The notes beneath the pieces were generated by a model, which saw only the letters and a list, made by a program, of their open reading frames with translations, was not told the origin of the DNA and made no database searches. Made by a program: the position numbers and the translations under genes. DNA of 64,000 bases from Monocercomonoides exilis PA203 (taxonomy: Eukaryota; Protista; Preaxostyla), in NCBI GenBank assembly GCA_001643675.2, contig LSRY02000018.1, forward strand, positions 310,001 through 374,000. The letters run 5' to 3'. Within the stretch, counting starts at the first letter, position 1. Each line of letters opens with the position of its first letter. This document shows positions 51,401 through 64,000 of the stretch, in pieces.

Positions 51401-54400
51401 TATTCCTCCTTTTCCTGGTATGCACAGACACAATTCGCGCCTTTTCCATTCAAATTGCAACATTTTCGGCAGTTCAAATGAAGAAAAAGGAAGAAAAGAA
51501 ACGAATATTCAGTTGATTAATAGAAATAGCGATAGAATTAGTAATAGCAATTTCAATAGAAATGGCTATGGAATAGGAAGAACTGAAAGAAGCATCATTG
51601 GAAATGAAATAAGAAATGGAAGGAATTATAAAAATATGAATGAAAGTAGCAAAACGATGGTGAAATCTCATTCAGAACAAGAGCTGAAGAAGCTGTCTAT
51701 GTACACTCCTTTGTGTGATATTCCTCGGTTTATCAGAGAAAATAAGGAATTTCAAGCAAAAGAGCAGGAATTGAACAGAGAAAGAACAACAAATGGAATG
51801 AAACGAACTTATTTAAAAGCCAAAACAAACAACTTGAATGAAAAAAGAAGACATTTCAGATGTCATTTTCTGTTTCACAGACAAAAACCAACAAATTCCA
51901 ATGATTTTATTGCAGAAAGTCGTTTTTTCGCTCAAGCAGAACAATCCAAGCAGCTGAATCCATCGGCATTTGAAAGCACTTCATCCATGTTGTGTCCTCT
52001 TCCTTCTTCATATGTGAGAAGACTTGACGAATTTCACAATGGGATCGATCGGAGAAACGGAGAAATGTCAAAAAATGACAAGGGAATATACACGAATCAA
52101 CAACATAATGAAGGAATTGATAGAAGAATAACAATGTATGATGAATCCATACCAACCTCCTTCACCACACGCCCTTCCCACTCACTCAACCACATTCTCC
52201 TCTCTCTCCTTCCTCCAGCTACCATCTCTTCATTCGAACGCCTCTCCTCTGCACTTGGCTCCATAGCTCATCTTGTCTATCTCCTTTCTCTCTCTCTGGC
52301 TGTCCCTCTGCCTCACCCTGTCTTTCCTGCTTTGTCTCGCTCTCTCATCTTCAGCACACGAAGAATCGAACTCAGATTGCTTTGCCCCAATCAATCTTCT
52401 CTTTCTGGGTGGCTTTTGCCTGGATTGTTAGACTCAGCACTGGGAAGAGCAAAAGGAGTGGTTGAAATGAAAGGAGGTGCGTCAGCATCATCAACAATAT
52501 CATCTTCTTCTTCTTCTTCTGTTTCTTCTGTTTCTGTTTCTTCTTATCCTTCTTCCAATTCTCTTTCCTCTTTTTCTTCTCCTTCTCCTTTGGTTCCTTC
52601 AAAATCATCATCATCTTCTTCTTCCTCTTCCAAAAAATCTACAAAATCTCATTCAAAAGAAAACAAAGGCAAAACTAGCAATATAATCACTCCTTCTGCT
52701 GTTGATGCATCTTGCTTAGTTCACAACAGATTAATGACAGAAGTATTGAATGTACTGAAAGAGAGAAAAAACGCTATCAAAAGCGATTTTATCTCAAGTG
52801 TCTGTGTGAGAAGGAATTTATCTGCTGCTTCTAATTTTATCTCTTCTTCCTCTTCTTCCTCTTCTTCTTCCTCCTCCCCCTCTTCTTCTTCAACAATTTC
52901 TTCTGTTTCATCAATTACATCTTCTTTTTCTCCTTCTATTCATCCATATTTTTCTTCCTCCATTTCTTTGCAGAATTACTCTTCAAAAAATAGCACATCA
53001 AACAATCTTCCACTAATATCACCACAATCAATCAGAAGTTCTTCTTCTTTTACTTCATCTATTTCTTCTATTTCATCCTCGAATTCTTCTTTTCTTTCTT
53101 CATCTTCTTCTCATTCTTCAGTTAAATCTCAATTTCAGGCATTTCAACCAGCAACAGGATTCCGTTCTAATCAGTCAAATATGAACAATAACAACAATAG
53201 AAGTACTAATGATAAGAATAATAACAATCTTCCTATTCTTCCTTCCTCTCTCACTCCTTCTGCTCCTCTTCCTCAATCTATTTCTTCTTCTCCTTCTTCT
53301 TCCTCTTCCTCTTCCTTTTCTTCTTCTTCTCCACTCAAATCCAAATCTCATCTTCCTTTTTTCTCAAAGTCAACTTCTCCAATCATTCCTTATTCTCCTT
53401 CTAATTCTTCTTCTTCCTCTTCTTCTCTTTCTCTCCCTCAACCTGAAATGCTCTGGCAACCTCCTCTTTCTCCTTCTTCCTCTTCTTCCTCTTCCTCTTC
53501 CTCTTTCAATTTAAGAGCTTTTGTTTCATCCTCCCCATCCTCCTCCTCTTCTTCTTCTTCTTCTCTTTCTTCTCCTCCTCTCTCTCCTTCTCATAATCAA
53601 CTTCCTCATTCTTCTGCTTTTTCTGTTTCAAGTTGTTTGAATGAGTTTCCTCAATCAAATATGAATTGCTTATTAGAATCATCCAATGAGAATAATAATA
53701 ATAATATCAACAAAGAAATTATTGCTTCCTCTTCCTCCTCCTCTTCCTCTTCTCCATTTATTTCTTCCTCCTTTTCTGTTCCTCGTTCAAATGACTCACC
53801 AGCTATTATATCTCCTTCTTCTCTCCCTTCTTCTTTCCCTTATCCTCCTTCCACTCCTCCTCTTCTTGTTGGAGATTCCATTCAATCAATTGACAATTCA
53901 TCTTCTTCCTCTTCCTTTTCATCCTCTTCTTCTTCTGCTTCTGCTTTCTTTCCTTCTTCTTCTCTTTCTTCCTCTTCTTCCTCTTTTCCAATTGATTCTC
54001 AATCTTCTTCTTCTTCTTCTTCTTCTTCTTCTTCTTCTTCTTCTTTTGTTCCTCCTCCAAAGAGAAAAGCGAGCTTCATCCAACAAACACAACCAATGCC
54101 TCCTCCTTCTGTCTTGTCTGAACAGCTCTTCTTGCCTCCTTCTTCTCTTCCTTCGTCTTTTTCTTCTCTCCCTTCATTCAGCGTGCCTTCAAGAAACAAC
54201 ATGCCTTCTTCTTCTTCTGATTCAACCTCTTCTTCCTCTTCCTCTTTTCCCTCTTCTTCCTCTTCCTCCTCCTCCTCCTCTTCTTCTTCTTCTTCTTCTT
54301 CTGATTCTCTCCACAATATTCCCATCACCACTGCCATCATGTCTTCCACCCCAATTCAACCTGTTGCTCCTCCTCTTCCTTTCTTTCTCCCTCAAAATGC

Positions 54401-55670
54401 TTCTTCCAATTCTTCTTCTTTTTCTTTTTCTTCTTCATCTCATTCATCAGAAAATGAATCAGTTCAACAAAAATCCTCAAACAAACTTGCATCTTTTGCC
54501 AAGACGCATCATCTAACCATTCAAGATATCCCCAATTCAACTTATTCTTCTTCCATTTCTTCCTCCTCTTCCTCTTCTCTCCATCCACCCCCTCATTCAG
54601 AGTGTCTCCCTTCTTTCCTCACCTTCCCCCACGGTGTCTGCTGCTCTTCTCCTTCTTCTTCTCTTTCCTGGTCTTTCCTTCGTTTGAGTGCAGTTTTCTC
54701 GCCTTTTCACAGCTTTCCTCCAAAATCCTCTTTTTCCACTGAATTTCTCCCTTCTTATTCTTTTCCTCCTTCAAAGACTTCTTCAAAAATGATTGTTTCT
54801 CCTTATTCGTTTTCTTCTTCTTCTTCTTCATTTGCTTCTTTTCCTCTTGATGATTCTTCAATTTCCTCTTCCTCTTCTTCTTCTTCTCGTTTATCTTCTG
54901 ACAAATCTTCTCTTTTGCCAACAAAAAGCATTTTCAAGCGGACTTATACCTCAACTGCAGTAACATCATCTTCTTCTTCTTCAACAAATACATCATCAGC
55001 ACCTTCATCAAATACAACTGTTATTCGCTACACACGCCGGAAGCTTTCACCAATGCCTTCTTCCATCACCTCTTTTCCTTCTAGTTCTTTCTCTTCTTCT
55101 TCTCATTCTTCTTCTCATTCTTCTTCTTCTCTCCTCAGCCAACCTCTTCCCCTCCCCTCCAAGCAAATCCACATCTTCCGCCACAAATCAGCTTCATTCA
55201 CACTTCTTCTGCATCTTTCTCAGCACTCCTTTCTGCCTGGCCCTGTTTATCCTCTCTTCATTGACGATGGAACTGTGCAAGATCACACACGACATAGCAA
55301 TTCATCATCAACTTCTTCTTCTTCAACAGCTTCTTCCTCTTCCTCTTCTTCATCAAAAAATGCAAAATCCAATTCAAAAACTTCACAATCATCACGCCAA
55401 TCATCATCAAACACATCTTCTTCTTCCTCCAAAAAGGATAACAATAGCAATAGCAATAACAGCAATAATAATAACAATAATAGCAAAGCCAGCCAAAATG
55501 AAGGCAAAAAGGTTGTTTCGCAGGAAGAGGTGAGAAGAATGGAGGTAGGAGTGCTGCTTTTGTGGTTGGACATTGAAACACTTCGGATGGCTGTGGATTT
55601 GCCCCCTGCAACTTATCAGCAGCTGTTGGAATCTGTGATGGAAGTGATGGCAGCAGTGACTGGGAAGTGA
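44298..55670 (+). CDS. Giant Atg14/UVRAG/Vps38-family protein (class III PI3K complex subunit), 3790 aa
   Basis: N-terminal coiled coil, then FICGISLP, LSSALGSIAHLVYLLSLSLAVPLPHPV...SRSLI, VYPLF and MEVGVLLLWLDIETLR in the order found in the Atg14/UVRAG family domain. Confidence 0.75.
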
Positions 55671-56997
55671 ATGAAGAGAAGGGGGAGGGAGTGAGGAGGG
55701 ATGGGGTTGAAGAAGAAGAAAGAAGAAGAAGTGAAAATGAATGGAATTATTTGAAGGCAAAGTTTTTATTTTTGTTTTGTTTTGTTTTTTTGGATAAAAG
55801 ATGCTTGAAAACAGAACAAAATTGTTTTTGAATATTCGGTTTATATTTCCAACTTTCTTTCGTCAAATCTTGTTTGTCATGTTGATTGTCAAAAAAAATT
55901 TTGTATATTTTTTCCTTCTCTTTTCAATTTTTTTTAATTGTTATTGTCATTGGATTAATCTATGTTTGTGTTTTGATTGTGTTTTGCTTGTGTTCAATGT
56001 GTTCTTTTCTTTTCTTTTCTTTTTCGTTGTGATTTATCTTTTTTTAATTGTGATTGCAACTAGAAATTGTTAACTCCCTTTGCATTCTGTAAAATGTTTG
56101 TATGTTGTTTGCTCTTCTTTTTTCATTATTTTATTTCTGTTTCTTTTTTTTTTTCTTTTGAAATGATTATCTTGAATGGTAATGAGTGTGTTGTATTTAT
56201 TGTTTTGTTTGTGTGATTGTTGCTTTTTGTTTATGAGGGAAAATATGTTTGTTTTTGTTTATTTTTTTGTTTGATTTTATTTTGAAGGATCAATTTGAAT
56301 GATTAGATGCTGACGTTTGTCGCTTTTGTTTTTTTTTTTTTGGTTTTTTTAGTTGTTTTCTGTTTTTTCTGTTTTTTCAGCTTTATTAAAGACTTATCAT
56401 TTCGCAGTGACACACCAGATCACCTTCTGGAAAGCATGAAAAACATGAGGAGTGAAAAATATCGATTTCTTCATTTTTACAAATAGTTTTAAAAAAAAAT
56501 GTGTTTCAAAAAATGACAACAACAACGACAATGATTATTTGAACAACAAAAAGCAACTTCTTGAAAAACTAATAAAACAGAAAGTGTGAAAACAAATTTC
56601 ATTTGTAAGAATTGATATTTTTTTTTTTCATTTTATTACCAAAAGAAATCAATCTTTAAAATCAACACAACCAAAGAATATCAAGTGCAACTGAACAGAA
56701 TCGAACAACAGTTTCAACAAGAAAAACAGAATCAAATGAGAAACAAACGTCAGAAACATATAACGTTGATGATACTGAAAGCAAAAGCAAAAACAACAAA
56801 AATTCTTTGAATTCGTCAAAAACTTTAAAAATTCACATGAGAAATCCAAATCACAACATAATATCTTACATTTCCGTCATTGTGATAAAAACTAATTGTA
56901 AAATACCAAAGCAAAATTCTTGATTTATCTTCTGAATAAAAAAAATTCACTCTTCCGAATACCGTTCACAAAAACTTCACAAACAATCAAAAATGAA

Positions 56998-57028
<31 letters not shown>

Positions 57029-57035
57029 AAAATCT

Positions 57036-59088
57036 TCAATCTTCTTTTTCATTCAATGATGAAAGCATTGCTATGTTTTTATCCTCCTTCAAAGCATCTT
57101 TCTCTTCCTCCTCATTTTCAGACTCAACATAGGCATTCTCAACATCTTCATCATCGACGTACCAATATCCGATCGGATCATATTGATATTCATACTGCGA
57201 GTACTCATTCGAAGACATTTCTCCTGCATCCAAGCACTGAACAAGTTGAGTGAAACATGTTTCTTCTTCAACTTCCAATTCCAAAATGCCATTGACTTGC
57301 GGTTCATTCGCTTTCTCTTTCACTTTCACGTTCTTTTCTCTCTCTGAGTCTTCTTCTCTCTCTCTTGCAGCAGCATCGTCATCGCCATCGCCACCATCAT
57401 TTGGATACATTCCACAAACAGGGCAAAGCTTTGGATCACATTTTGCATCCAGCCTTTTTCTCATCCGCTCTTCTTTTTCTGCTCGCAGCACATTTCCAGA
57501 CAAGAGCGGAACAAAATGTGAATGCAACACATCAATCACTCCTTCTTCTTCGCACGCATCTGCCAATATCACTTTCAGCTCTCCTCTCAACTGCTCAGGA
57601 AGGCATTCGTAACTTTTTGGATACACTTCGCGGACTCTCACCTCAATTGGTCGGATGTGTGCACTCGAAGATAAGCACGCCCATCCATCCAAAAGCGTCT
57701 TTGCTGCCACCACTCTCAGCTTCTCGTTTGTCGTGTTGCACAGCAGCGAAGCTATCCTTCTCATGACGTCTCCTCTCATGCATCGCACAATTGTTTCTGA
57801 AGATTGCTTCACAAGCCCTATTTTGATGAGTGTGACTGTACACAGCTGAAACTTCGATATCATCTTTTCGATGCTTTTCTCTTCGCAATACAGCCCATCA
57901 ATCATGTGCTGGAAGTTGGCGCAGCCCGAAGAATAAATGTCTGTGCAACCTCCATCCAAAAATCGGCTTCCAGGGAAAATAGCCTTCCACTCGTCTTCAC
58001 TCCAGCTTCCGAACAAATAGCACAATGCTTTCTCCACAATCCTGTCCTGACAAGTGAACACATGAGCAAATGCCGAAACATGATCAGCTGAAAGCCTGCA
58101 CAAGCACTCGAATGCTTTCAACGCTATGCTGCAAACAGCGCCACGTGAGTACACAGGCGGAATCCATTCGGGAGAATTGCATGTGGATGATCCAATGGAT
58201 GCTTGTGCGGAATTGAATGCACTTGGATCTGGAATAAACGAATTCAGAGTTAAAATATTGTTCGTTTGGACTGCCTTGCCGAATTTCATATAAACTTTCA
58301 GCGACGACAGCTTTTTCACCATTTTCAATGCCTCCACAATCACAGAGTGAATGCTGTTCGACAAAAGCCCATGCAGCCATTTCCCAATCAACGCATTCGC
58401 ATATTCCCCAATAAATGGCGTGGCTCCTGAAAAAAGTTAAATGCAATAAAATTAAACGATCATCCTTTTTAAAAAACAGCAGCAGCAACAACAACACACC
58501 GTAATTGACAGTTGCATTTTTGTAAAAGGAAATCGTGTTCAAGCATATATCTTCATCATCGCATTCGTTCAAATGGGCCAATTCATCTTCAATAGAAAAT
58601 ATTCTTTCGTCGCTTGATTGCATGGAAATAAAATTCGCCAGACGCATCGCCGACTCTGAAATATTCCCCTTTTCCTTTTGAAAGTGTTCTGCATTAAGAT
58701 TTCTCGGACAAAAATTGGTCCCCATCCCTACAAGAACGCGAGCCGCCAAAACTTCGCAAGGACTTCCAAATTTCGCGCTTCTTTGTTCCAGTTTTTTCGT
58801 TATTTCTCTGTCTTGCCAATAATCACTGAACCCAGAAAATCGAGGCTTAAACGATTTTTGCAGGTGATACAGCCTTCTCAGCTGCGGCTCCAGCTCGCTT
58901 ACTTCTTTCCTCATTATTTCTGTTTTTGAGCCATAAATATTCAGCAATTAATAATCATCATCTCAAAAAAACGATGTTTTCAAATTAATACCGTTTTTCA
59001 GATGCTGAATCTCCTTGTCCATGGGCATTGCATTGTTTGTTTCAAAGCCGTTTTCCGAGCCTTTTTTCAAATCATTGGCTTTTAACAT
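57036..59088 (-). CDS. Three-exon hypothetical helical (ARM-like) protein, about 635 aa
   Basis: Exons 59088-58992, 58919-58500 and 58426-57036 join in frame through GT-AG introns of 72 and 73 nt; Leu/Ala-rich helical core and acidic tail. Confidence 0.72.
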
Positions 59089-59141
59089 AAATAAAGATAT
59101 TTTCCAAAAATCAGATGAAATCGATTATAAGTATGGGGAAT

Positions 59142-59143
<2 letters not shown>

Positions 59144-59209
<66 letters not shown>

Positions 59210-59260
59210 TTTTGTTTTGTTTTGTTTTTTGTTTTTTGTTTTTTGTTTTTTGTTTTATTT
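59144..59260 (+). repeat. 65-nt poly(T) followed by GTTTT/GTTTTTT repeats
   Basis: T run at 59144-59208 read directly. Confidence 0.9.
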
Positions 59261-61369
59261 GTTGTTGATGTAGTAGTAGTAGTAAAAAATAACATTTTTA
59301 TCAAAAAATTGATTCTTCGAATAATTCAAATATGATTTCATAAAATAAAAATTTCTTATAAATTTATAAATGCTGTTTTTGCATAACCTCTGTGACAAGA
59401 CTAGTTGTGAATCCATTTGTATATCAAAACATATTGGAAAAAAAAGAGGGAAAAGGAAGGGAATGAAGAAAGGAAAATTAAAAGTTGGTATTTTTTAAGT
59501 AACATTTTTTTTCAATTCACAAATTTCATTTAATAAAATATGTGATTAAGAGGTTAGGATTATCAACAAATAAAAAAAATTATTATTTATATTCATCACT
59601 TTTTAAAAAAAGACAAATATATTTTTCACTTTGTTCTGACAAGAACATGAATTGTCAATTATTTCTTTATATTGTAAATGAAAATTATTATGACTGTGAC
59701 TAATATTTCATAGTTTTTCCCATAATAATATCATTATTCCTGCAATATTTCTTTTCCATTTTCTGGAGTTTTATGAATTTTTTAAGAAATGTTTCGAATT
59801 GAAACCTGCATAAAAATTATTTATTTTTCATTTGTATAAGGATGAAGAGTGTATTGTCGGTTTGTTCCAGTTATTTTAATTCACGGAAAATAACTCATTT
59901 TGAAGGTAGGTGTAGCACAAATGTTTTTTTCCATTTTCCTTCCTGTTCAATAAATTATGTTTTTGCAGAAACTTCACTTTTTTTCCTAAGCCTTATGATA
60001 TGAATGATAGAATGAAATGCTTATCAAAAAATGATTCATTCAAGGCCATTCCAAGAGACACCAGAGCAAAATAATAATATTTTGTGTTACTGTTTGTTTT
60101 TATTTTTGTTTCTTTTTGGCCAATTTCATTTGCCTCAGAAAGGCTGCATTTTGTTCGAAAATGCAAAAGAAATGAAAATCATATCATACTCGAAATAAGA
60201 ATGAAAGCAGACTTCACAGCTTCACCAACGGAAACGTCAAAGAAATTGGAGGTTTCTGTTTATGTTTTCTCGAAATTATTTTTTTCACATGTGGATTTTA
60301 GGAACATTTTGTTCAATCGTCAAAAAAATGGATTATTTTGATAGTTGATTACAGAAAGATTTTAAATTCTTCGCAGATTGCGCAACGCCATAATTTGCAT
60401 AGTAATGCATCAGGGGAAATGGAATATGGAAAATATTTTTCTGATAAGACAGTTCCTTTGATAAAGCAATCTCCTAATCTCAACTGATGAAATAATAAAG
60501 CAATTTTCAATGCTCAATTGAAACATGAATAAGCTGAATCGAGGTATTTTCGATGGAACAGGAAAATGCCTGAAAAATTCAGAATTTCATTGGATTGCTG
60601 ATTGAGAATGACCTGAAACGAGTTTTATTCAAAAATAAACTGGCAATTTGAATTGTTTGGAAATGAAAATTCTGAAAGAAAATGTTGAATGCATCAAAGA
60701 AGAAAAAGACTTGAAAAAAGTTGATAAGAAATAGAAGAGAGAGAAAGGAGGATTATATGAAGAAACAAATGAAAAAAGGAAAGAACAGAGGATCTAACAA
60801 CAAAAATCAGTTTCTCCATTGAAAAATAGGAACAAAGAATCTAATGAAGCAGGATTTAAAAAAAAAATAGGGTTTTAAAGGCAAGATCAAGGATTGAAAC
60901 AATATTATTCAATGAGGCAAAAGCAATTGTGTGCAGCTTTGGAGCATACAGAATTATTTCTTGGTGTGGAAATTTTCATTTTCATCTTTTTTTGATATTT
61001 TTTTTTTTTATTTTCATTTGTGTTTTCAGGAATATTTGAAATCAAATGAAGAAAATATGGTGATATCAAATGAAAGAAAATAATTTAACGAAAAAGGAGA
61101 TGAAGGGATGAGGAATTTCATTCAAATTGAAATTGTTTGGAGATACAAGAATCTTAATTATTGAAGAAAAAAAAGAAAAAATCTATTGAAGATGGCAGTT
61201 TCTTGGAATTAATATTAAAATTGAATGAACATGAAAAATAGTAATAAAAGCAGAGAATTGGATTCAGAAAATGGAAGTGGAGTATGAAATAAAATTTTTT
61301 GATGCTCCACAGGATAATGGGATATTATCAAAAATATGGGATCAAGAACCCATTATCATCATCGAAATA

Positions 61370-64000
61370 ATGATTCTTTCTGTTTTTCTTGTGTGTTTGT
61401 CCTCAGTAATTTGTGGCAAAGAAATAAATGTTAGATTGAGAAATGAATATGAACATTTCTATGATCGTGGAATGGAGAAGAGTGGTATTTTTGGGAAGAG
61501 AAGTATTGTTCAAATGTTCTGCGAAATGCACAACTCATCAGTTGAAATGAAAGGGATGTTGCTTGAAAAGCCAGATGATTGCGTGATGTTCGAAATAAGA
61601 GCAGGATCATTGCTGCAGGTTGAGGGAAGTGTGTTTGTGAGAAAAAACGAGTGGAATGGTCATTATGTGAGGAATGGAGGGACATACTGGCTGATAAACA
61701 CGACTTTGGGAATTGGGAATGGTCAGGAATGTAGAATGATAAGGAGTTTGGTGAAGATGGAAGGGTGTGATTTGTCTACGTTTTTTGTGAGAAATAGTGA
61801 GTTTGAGGATGTTGTATTTTGTGGGAATGGAGGAAGTTTTCTGAGAGATGGTTCAGGAAGTTTTGAATGCATTCAAAACTGTAGATTTGAGAATATCACA
61901 AAGAAATTTAGTGAGACAGAGGAAATGCAAACTGGAAAAGAGGGGATGATGAAGATGAGTTCAATGGAGGATTGTGATGTTGAAAGATCAATGAATGTGC
62001 TTGAGGGAGGGATTGTTAGTGGAACAGAAGGATCTGGTTCATTTTTGTGCAACAATTGCACATTTGTTCAGAATGAAAGAATGGATCAGAAAATGAGAAA
62101 CACAGAAAGAAATTCGACAACTGAGACGCAGACCTATGAGAACGCTGAATGGAATGGATGTTTGGCTGAGTGTGGCGGAGCATTGTATGTGCATGACAAC
62201 TCGAGTGCAACACTAAATATAAAGAATTCATCATTCACCAGTTGTGAAGCAACAAAGACATTCGGAGGAGGAATTTTTGGTATAAATATTTCTGAAATGC
62301 TTGTAAATAATAGCATATTTGATAAATGTAAATGTGCAATGCTTACAGGAGATGGAGGAGGGGGAGGATTGAGTTGTCGCCAGATTGGAATTCAAGCATT
62401 GGCATCTCATTGTCTTTTCAAAGAATGCTGCTCAGGAAATGATGGAGGAGGATTGAGTATTTGGCTTTGTGTATGCAACAAGCAGGACGTCTGTATTATG
62501 GACTGTTTGTTTGACAATTGCTGCGGAAACAATGGAAACAGCTCATGTGGAGGTGGTTGTGATGTTGTGAACACAAGTTCAAGAAAATGTTGTCAATCGT
62601 GTTGCTTTATGAATTGCTGTTCAAAAGGAGGAGGTGGCGGAATATGTGTGAACTTTTACAATACCTATCATGAAATGCAGTTATATTTCTGTTTTTTTCA
62701 CAACAACACAGCTCAATTTGGAGGTCATGATGTTGTTTTATATCAAGCAACACAAAATCAAATTGATGAAACGTGCATTTCAACTCGAATGACAGATAAC
62801 AGAGTTTCATCACAATGGGAATCAATTGAAGATAAAAGTTATTGGTTGAAAAATTCCGGGGGAAGAATAAGATATGTTAGTTGTTCAAAAAGTGATAACA
62901 ATGCTAAAGATGCAAACTTTTGTGGCTTTCATGAAACATATCCATGTGCAACAATCAGTCATTGTCTGACTCAAATGATTGTGGGGTTTGTGGAGGAAAT
63001 CAAGGTGTTGAATGGAACAGTTGTGGAAGGCAAAGGAGTTGATGTTGGGGAGACAACGATCTCTCTGAATGGAATTTTGCCATCTGGCTCAGCCATTGAA
63101 ACGAAATTTGAATCAAATGGACTGAATTTGTTTTGTGTTGGAACTGGGAAATTGGTTATGAGCGATCTGTCTGTGATTCACAATTCTTCATTTGAAAACA
63201 ACAGACAATGCAGATTGTTTGAGGTTCAAGGGTCTGGAGGGATCAATTTAGAGAGAATGAATATTTCGATGGATTCAGCTCATTCAGAAGAGGGGAGCAT
63301 TCAGAATTCACTTGTGAAGATGGAAGGGGGAAGTTTGAAGATGAAAGATGTGAGATGGGGACAAACATTCAGCACCACAAGTGTGATATCTCTGTCTCAA
63401 GGATCGTCTGTTTCGTTGACTCTGGAAAACTGCACATTCAACAACATTGTGAGAACAACAGTCGGATCATCGCTGATGAATGTGGGTGAAGAGTTACATT
63501 CAATAACTCTTGATGGATGCACGATTGATGGCTGTGGGAGTGAAGACTCTGATTTTGGAGGAGGCATGATGGTTGAAATGGAAAGTGGGAATATATTTAG
63601 TATGAAAGGAGGTGTTGTGAAGAACTGCTATGCCTCAGCCACTCAAGGGAGAGGAGGAGGGATTGGGCTGAAAGTGAAAGACACAAATGCAGAGTTTCTA
63701 ATTTCATCAGTATTTGAAGGAAATCGAGCAAAATTTGGGAGCGATATTTTTGTTGATTCGATCGATCTGGAGTCAACAGCAACAAGTGGGAAAATTGCCT
63801 CGTTAGCACCCTCATTTGATACAAAGAGCAAGATGCAAGGATTCAACAATGGAGATGAATCAGCTCCAATTCCGCTATGCGTTTATCTGATTCCTTTGCC
63901 AGAAGAGATTGTTGTGAGCAATGTTGATGCTTTTGACAATTCTTATTGTGGATATGCTGAAATTCCGTGTCTGACTCTGAAGCATTGCTTGACAAGGCAA
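61370..64000 (+). CDS. Secreted/surface Cys-rich beta-helix (pectin-lyase-fold, Pmp/adhesin-like) protein, 3' partial (at least 877 aa)
   Basis: The frame is open from ATG 61370 to the window end. It has a signal-like MILSVFLVCLSSVICG, repeated GGAL/GGGI/GGGL and NCTF motifs, and CGFHETYPCATI and CGYAEIPCLTL modules. Confidence 0.82.
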   Translation, partial: MILSVFLVCLSSVICGKEINVRLRNEYEHFYDRGMEKSGIFGKRSIVQMFCEMHNSSVEMKGMLLEKPDDCVMFEIRAGSLLQVEGSVFVRKNEWNGHYVRNGGTYWLINTTLGIGNGQECRMIRSLVKMEGCDLSTFFVRNSEFEDVVFCGNGGSFLRDGSGSFECIQNCRFENITKKFSETEEMQTGKEGMMKMSSMEDCDVERSMNVLEGGIVSGTEGSGSFLCNNCTFVQNERMDQKMRNTERNSTTETQTYENAEWNGCLAECGGALYVHDNSSATLNIKNSSFTSCEATKTFGGGIFGINISEMLVNNSIFDKCKCAMLTGDGGGGGLSCRQIGIQALASHCLFKECCSGNDGGGLSIWLCVCNKQDVCIMDCLFDNCCGNNGNSSCGGGCDVVNTSSRKCCQSCCFMNCCSKGGGGGICVNFYNTYHEMQLYFCFFHNNTAQFGGHDVVLYQATQNQIDETCISTRMTDNRVSSQWESIEDKSYWLKNSGGRIRYVSCSKSDNNAKDANFCGFHETYPCATISHCLTQMIVGFVEEIKVLNGTVVEGKGVDVGETTISLNGILPSGSAIETKFESNGLNLFCVGTGKLVMSDLSVIHNSSFENNRQCRLFEVQGSGGINLERMNISMDSAHSEEGSIQNSLVKMEGGSLKMKDVRWGQTFSTTSVISLSQGSSVSLTLENCTFNNIVRTTVGSSLMNVGEELHSITLDGCTIDGCGSEDSDFGGGMMVEMESGNIFSMKGGVVKNCYASATQGRGGGIGLKVKDTNAEFLISSVFEGNRAKFGSDIFVDSIDLESTATSGKIASLAPSFDTKSKMQGFNNGDESAPIPLCVYLIPLPEEIVVSNVDAFDNSYCGYAEIPCLTLKHCLTRQ

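Noticed and set aside
36260-55760. Dozens of short overlapping or antisense ORFs (poly-Leu, poly-Lys/Arg, poly-Glu)
   Set aside because: Shadow frames of stop-poor repeats inside the two giant genes.
59384-60005. Degenerate hAT-TIR-like words (TAACCTCTGTGACAAGAC at 59384, TAAGCCTTATGATATGA at 59987); also AGGCTTAGT at 31781
   Set aside because: Same orientation or unpaired, with no TSD or transposase, so too weak to call.
60300-61330. Possible decayed coding sequence upstream of the beta-helix gene
   Set aside because: No sustained frame or recognisable motif.

Overview
AT-rich eukaryotic genomic DNA with short (about 45-75 nt) GT-AG introns, standard genetic code and extreme Ser/Glu low-complexity coding tracts. 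Gene families and style resemble an oxymonad such as Monocercomonoides (my inference, not a database result). I saw no rRNA, tRNA or CRISPR. Mobile DNA: (1) a complete but decayed DIRS-type tyrosine-recombinase retrotransposon (2445-7257, minus) with intact termini and an internal complementary region. It integrated at an ATTG inside the intron of a multicopy host gene, and a 240-bp MITE sits in its recombinase gene. (2) A probable 7.1-kb hAT element (22725-29859) enclosing an extra decayed gene. (3) A DD35D pogo/Fot-like element (29878-31931). Host genes: three copies of an expanded helical-protein family, two sharing a 954-bp inverted duplication; a PHO80-like cyclin; a macro-domain protein; a 4-exon AGTRAP-like membrane protein; a 3-exon helical protein; and a secreted beta-helix surface protein running off the window end. 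Most striking is a head-to-head pair of giant genes: an NTF2+RRM (G3BP-like, about 2617 aa) protein and an Atg14/UVRAG-like (3790 aa) protein. In both, the folded domains are split by insertions of hundreds of low-complexity residues. All domain calls come from motifs recognised by eye.
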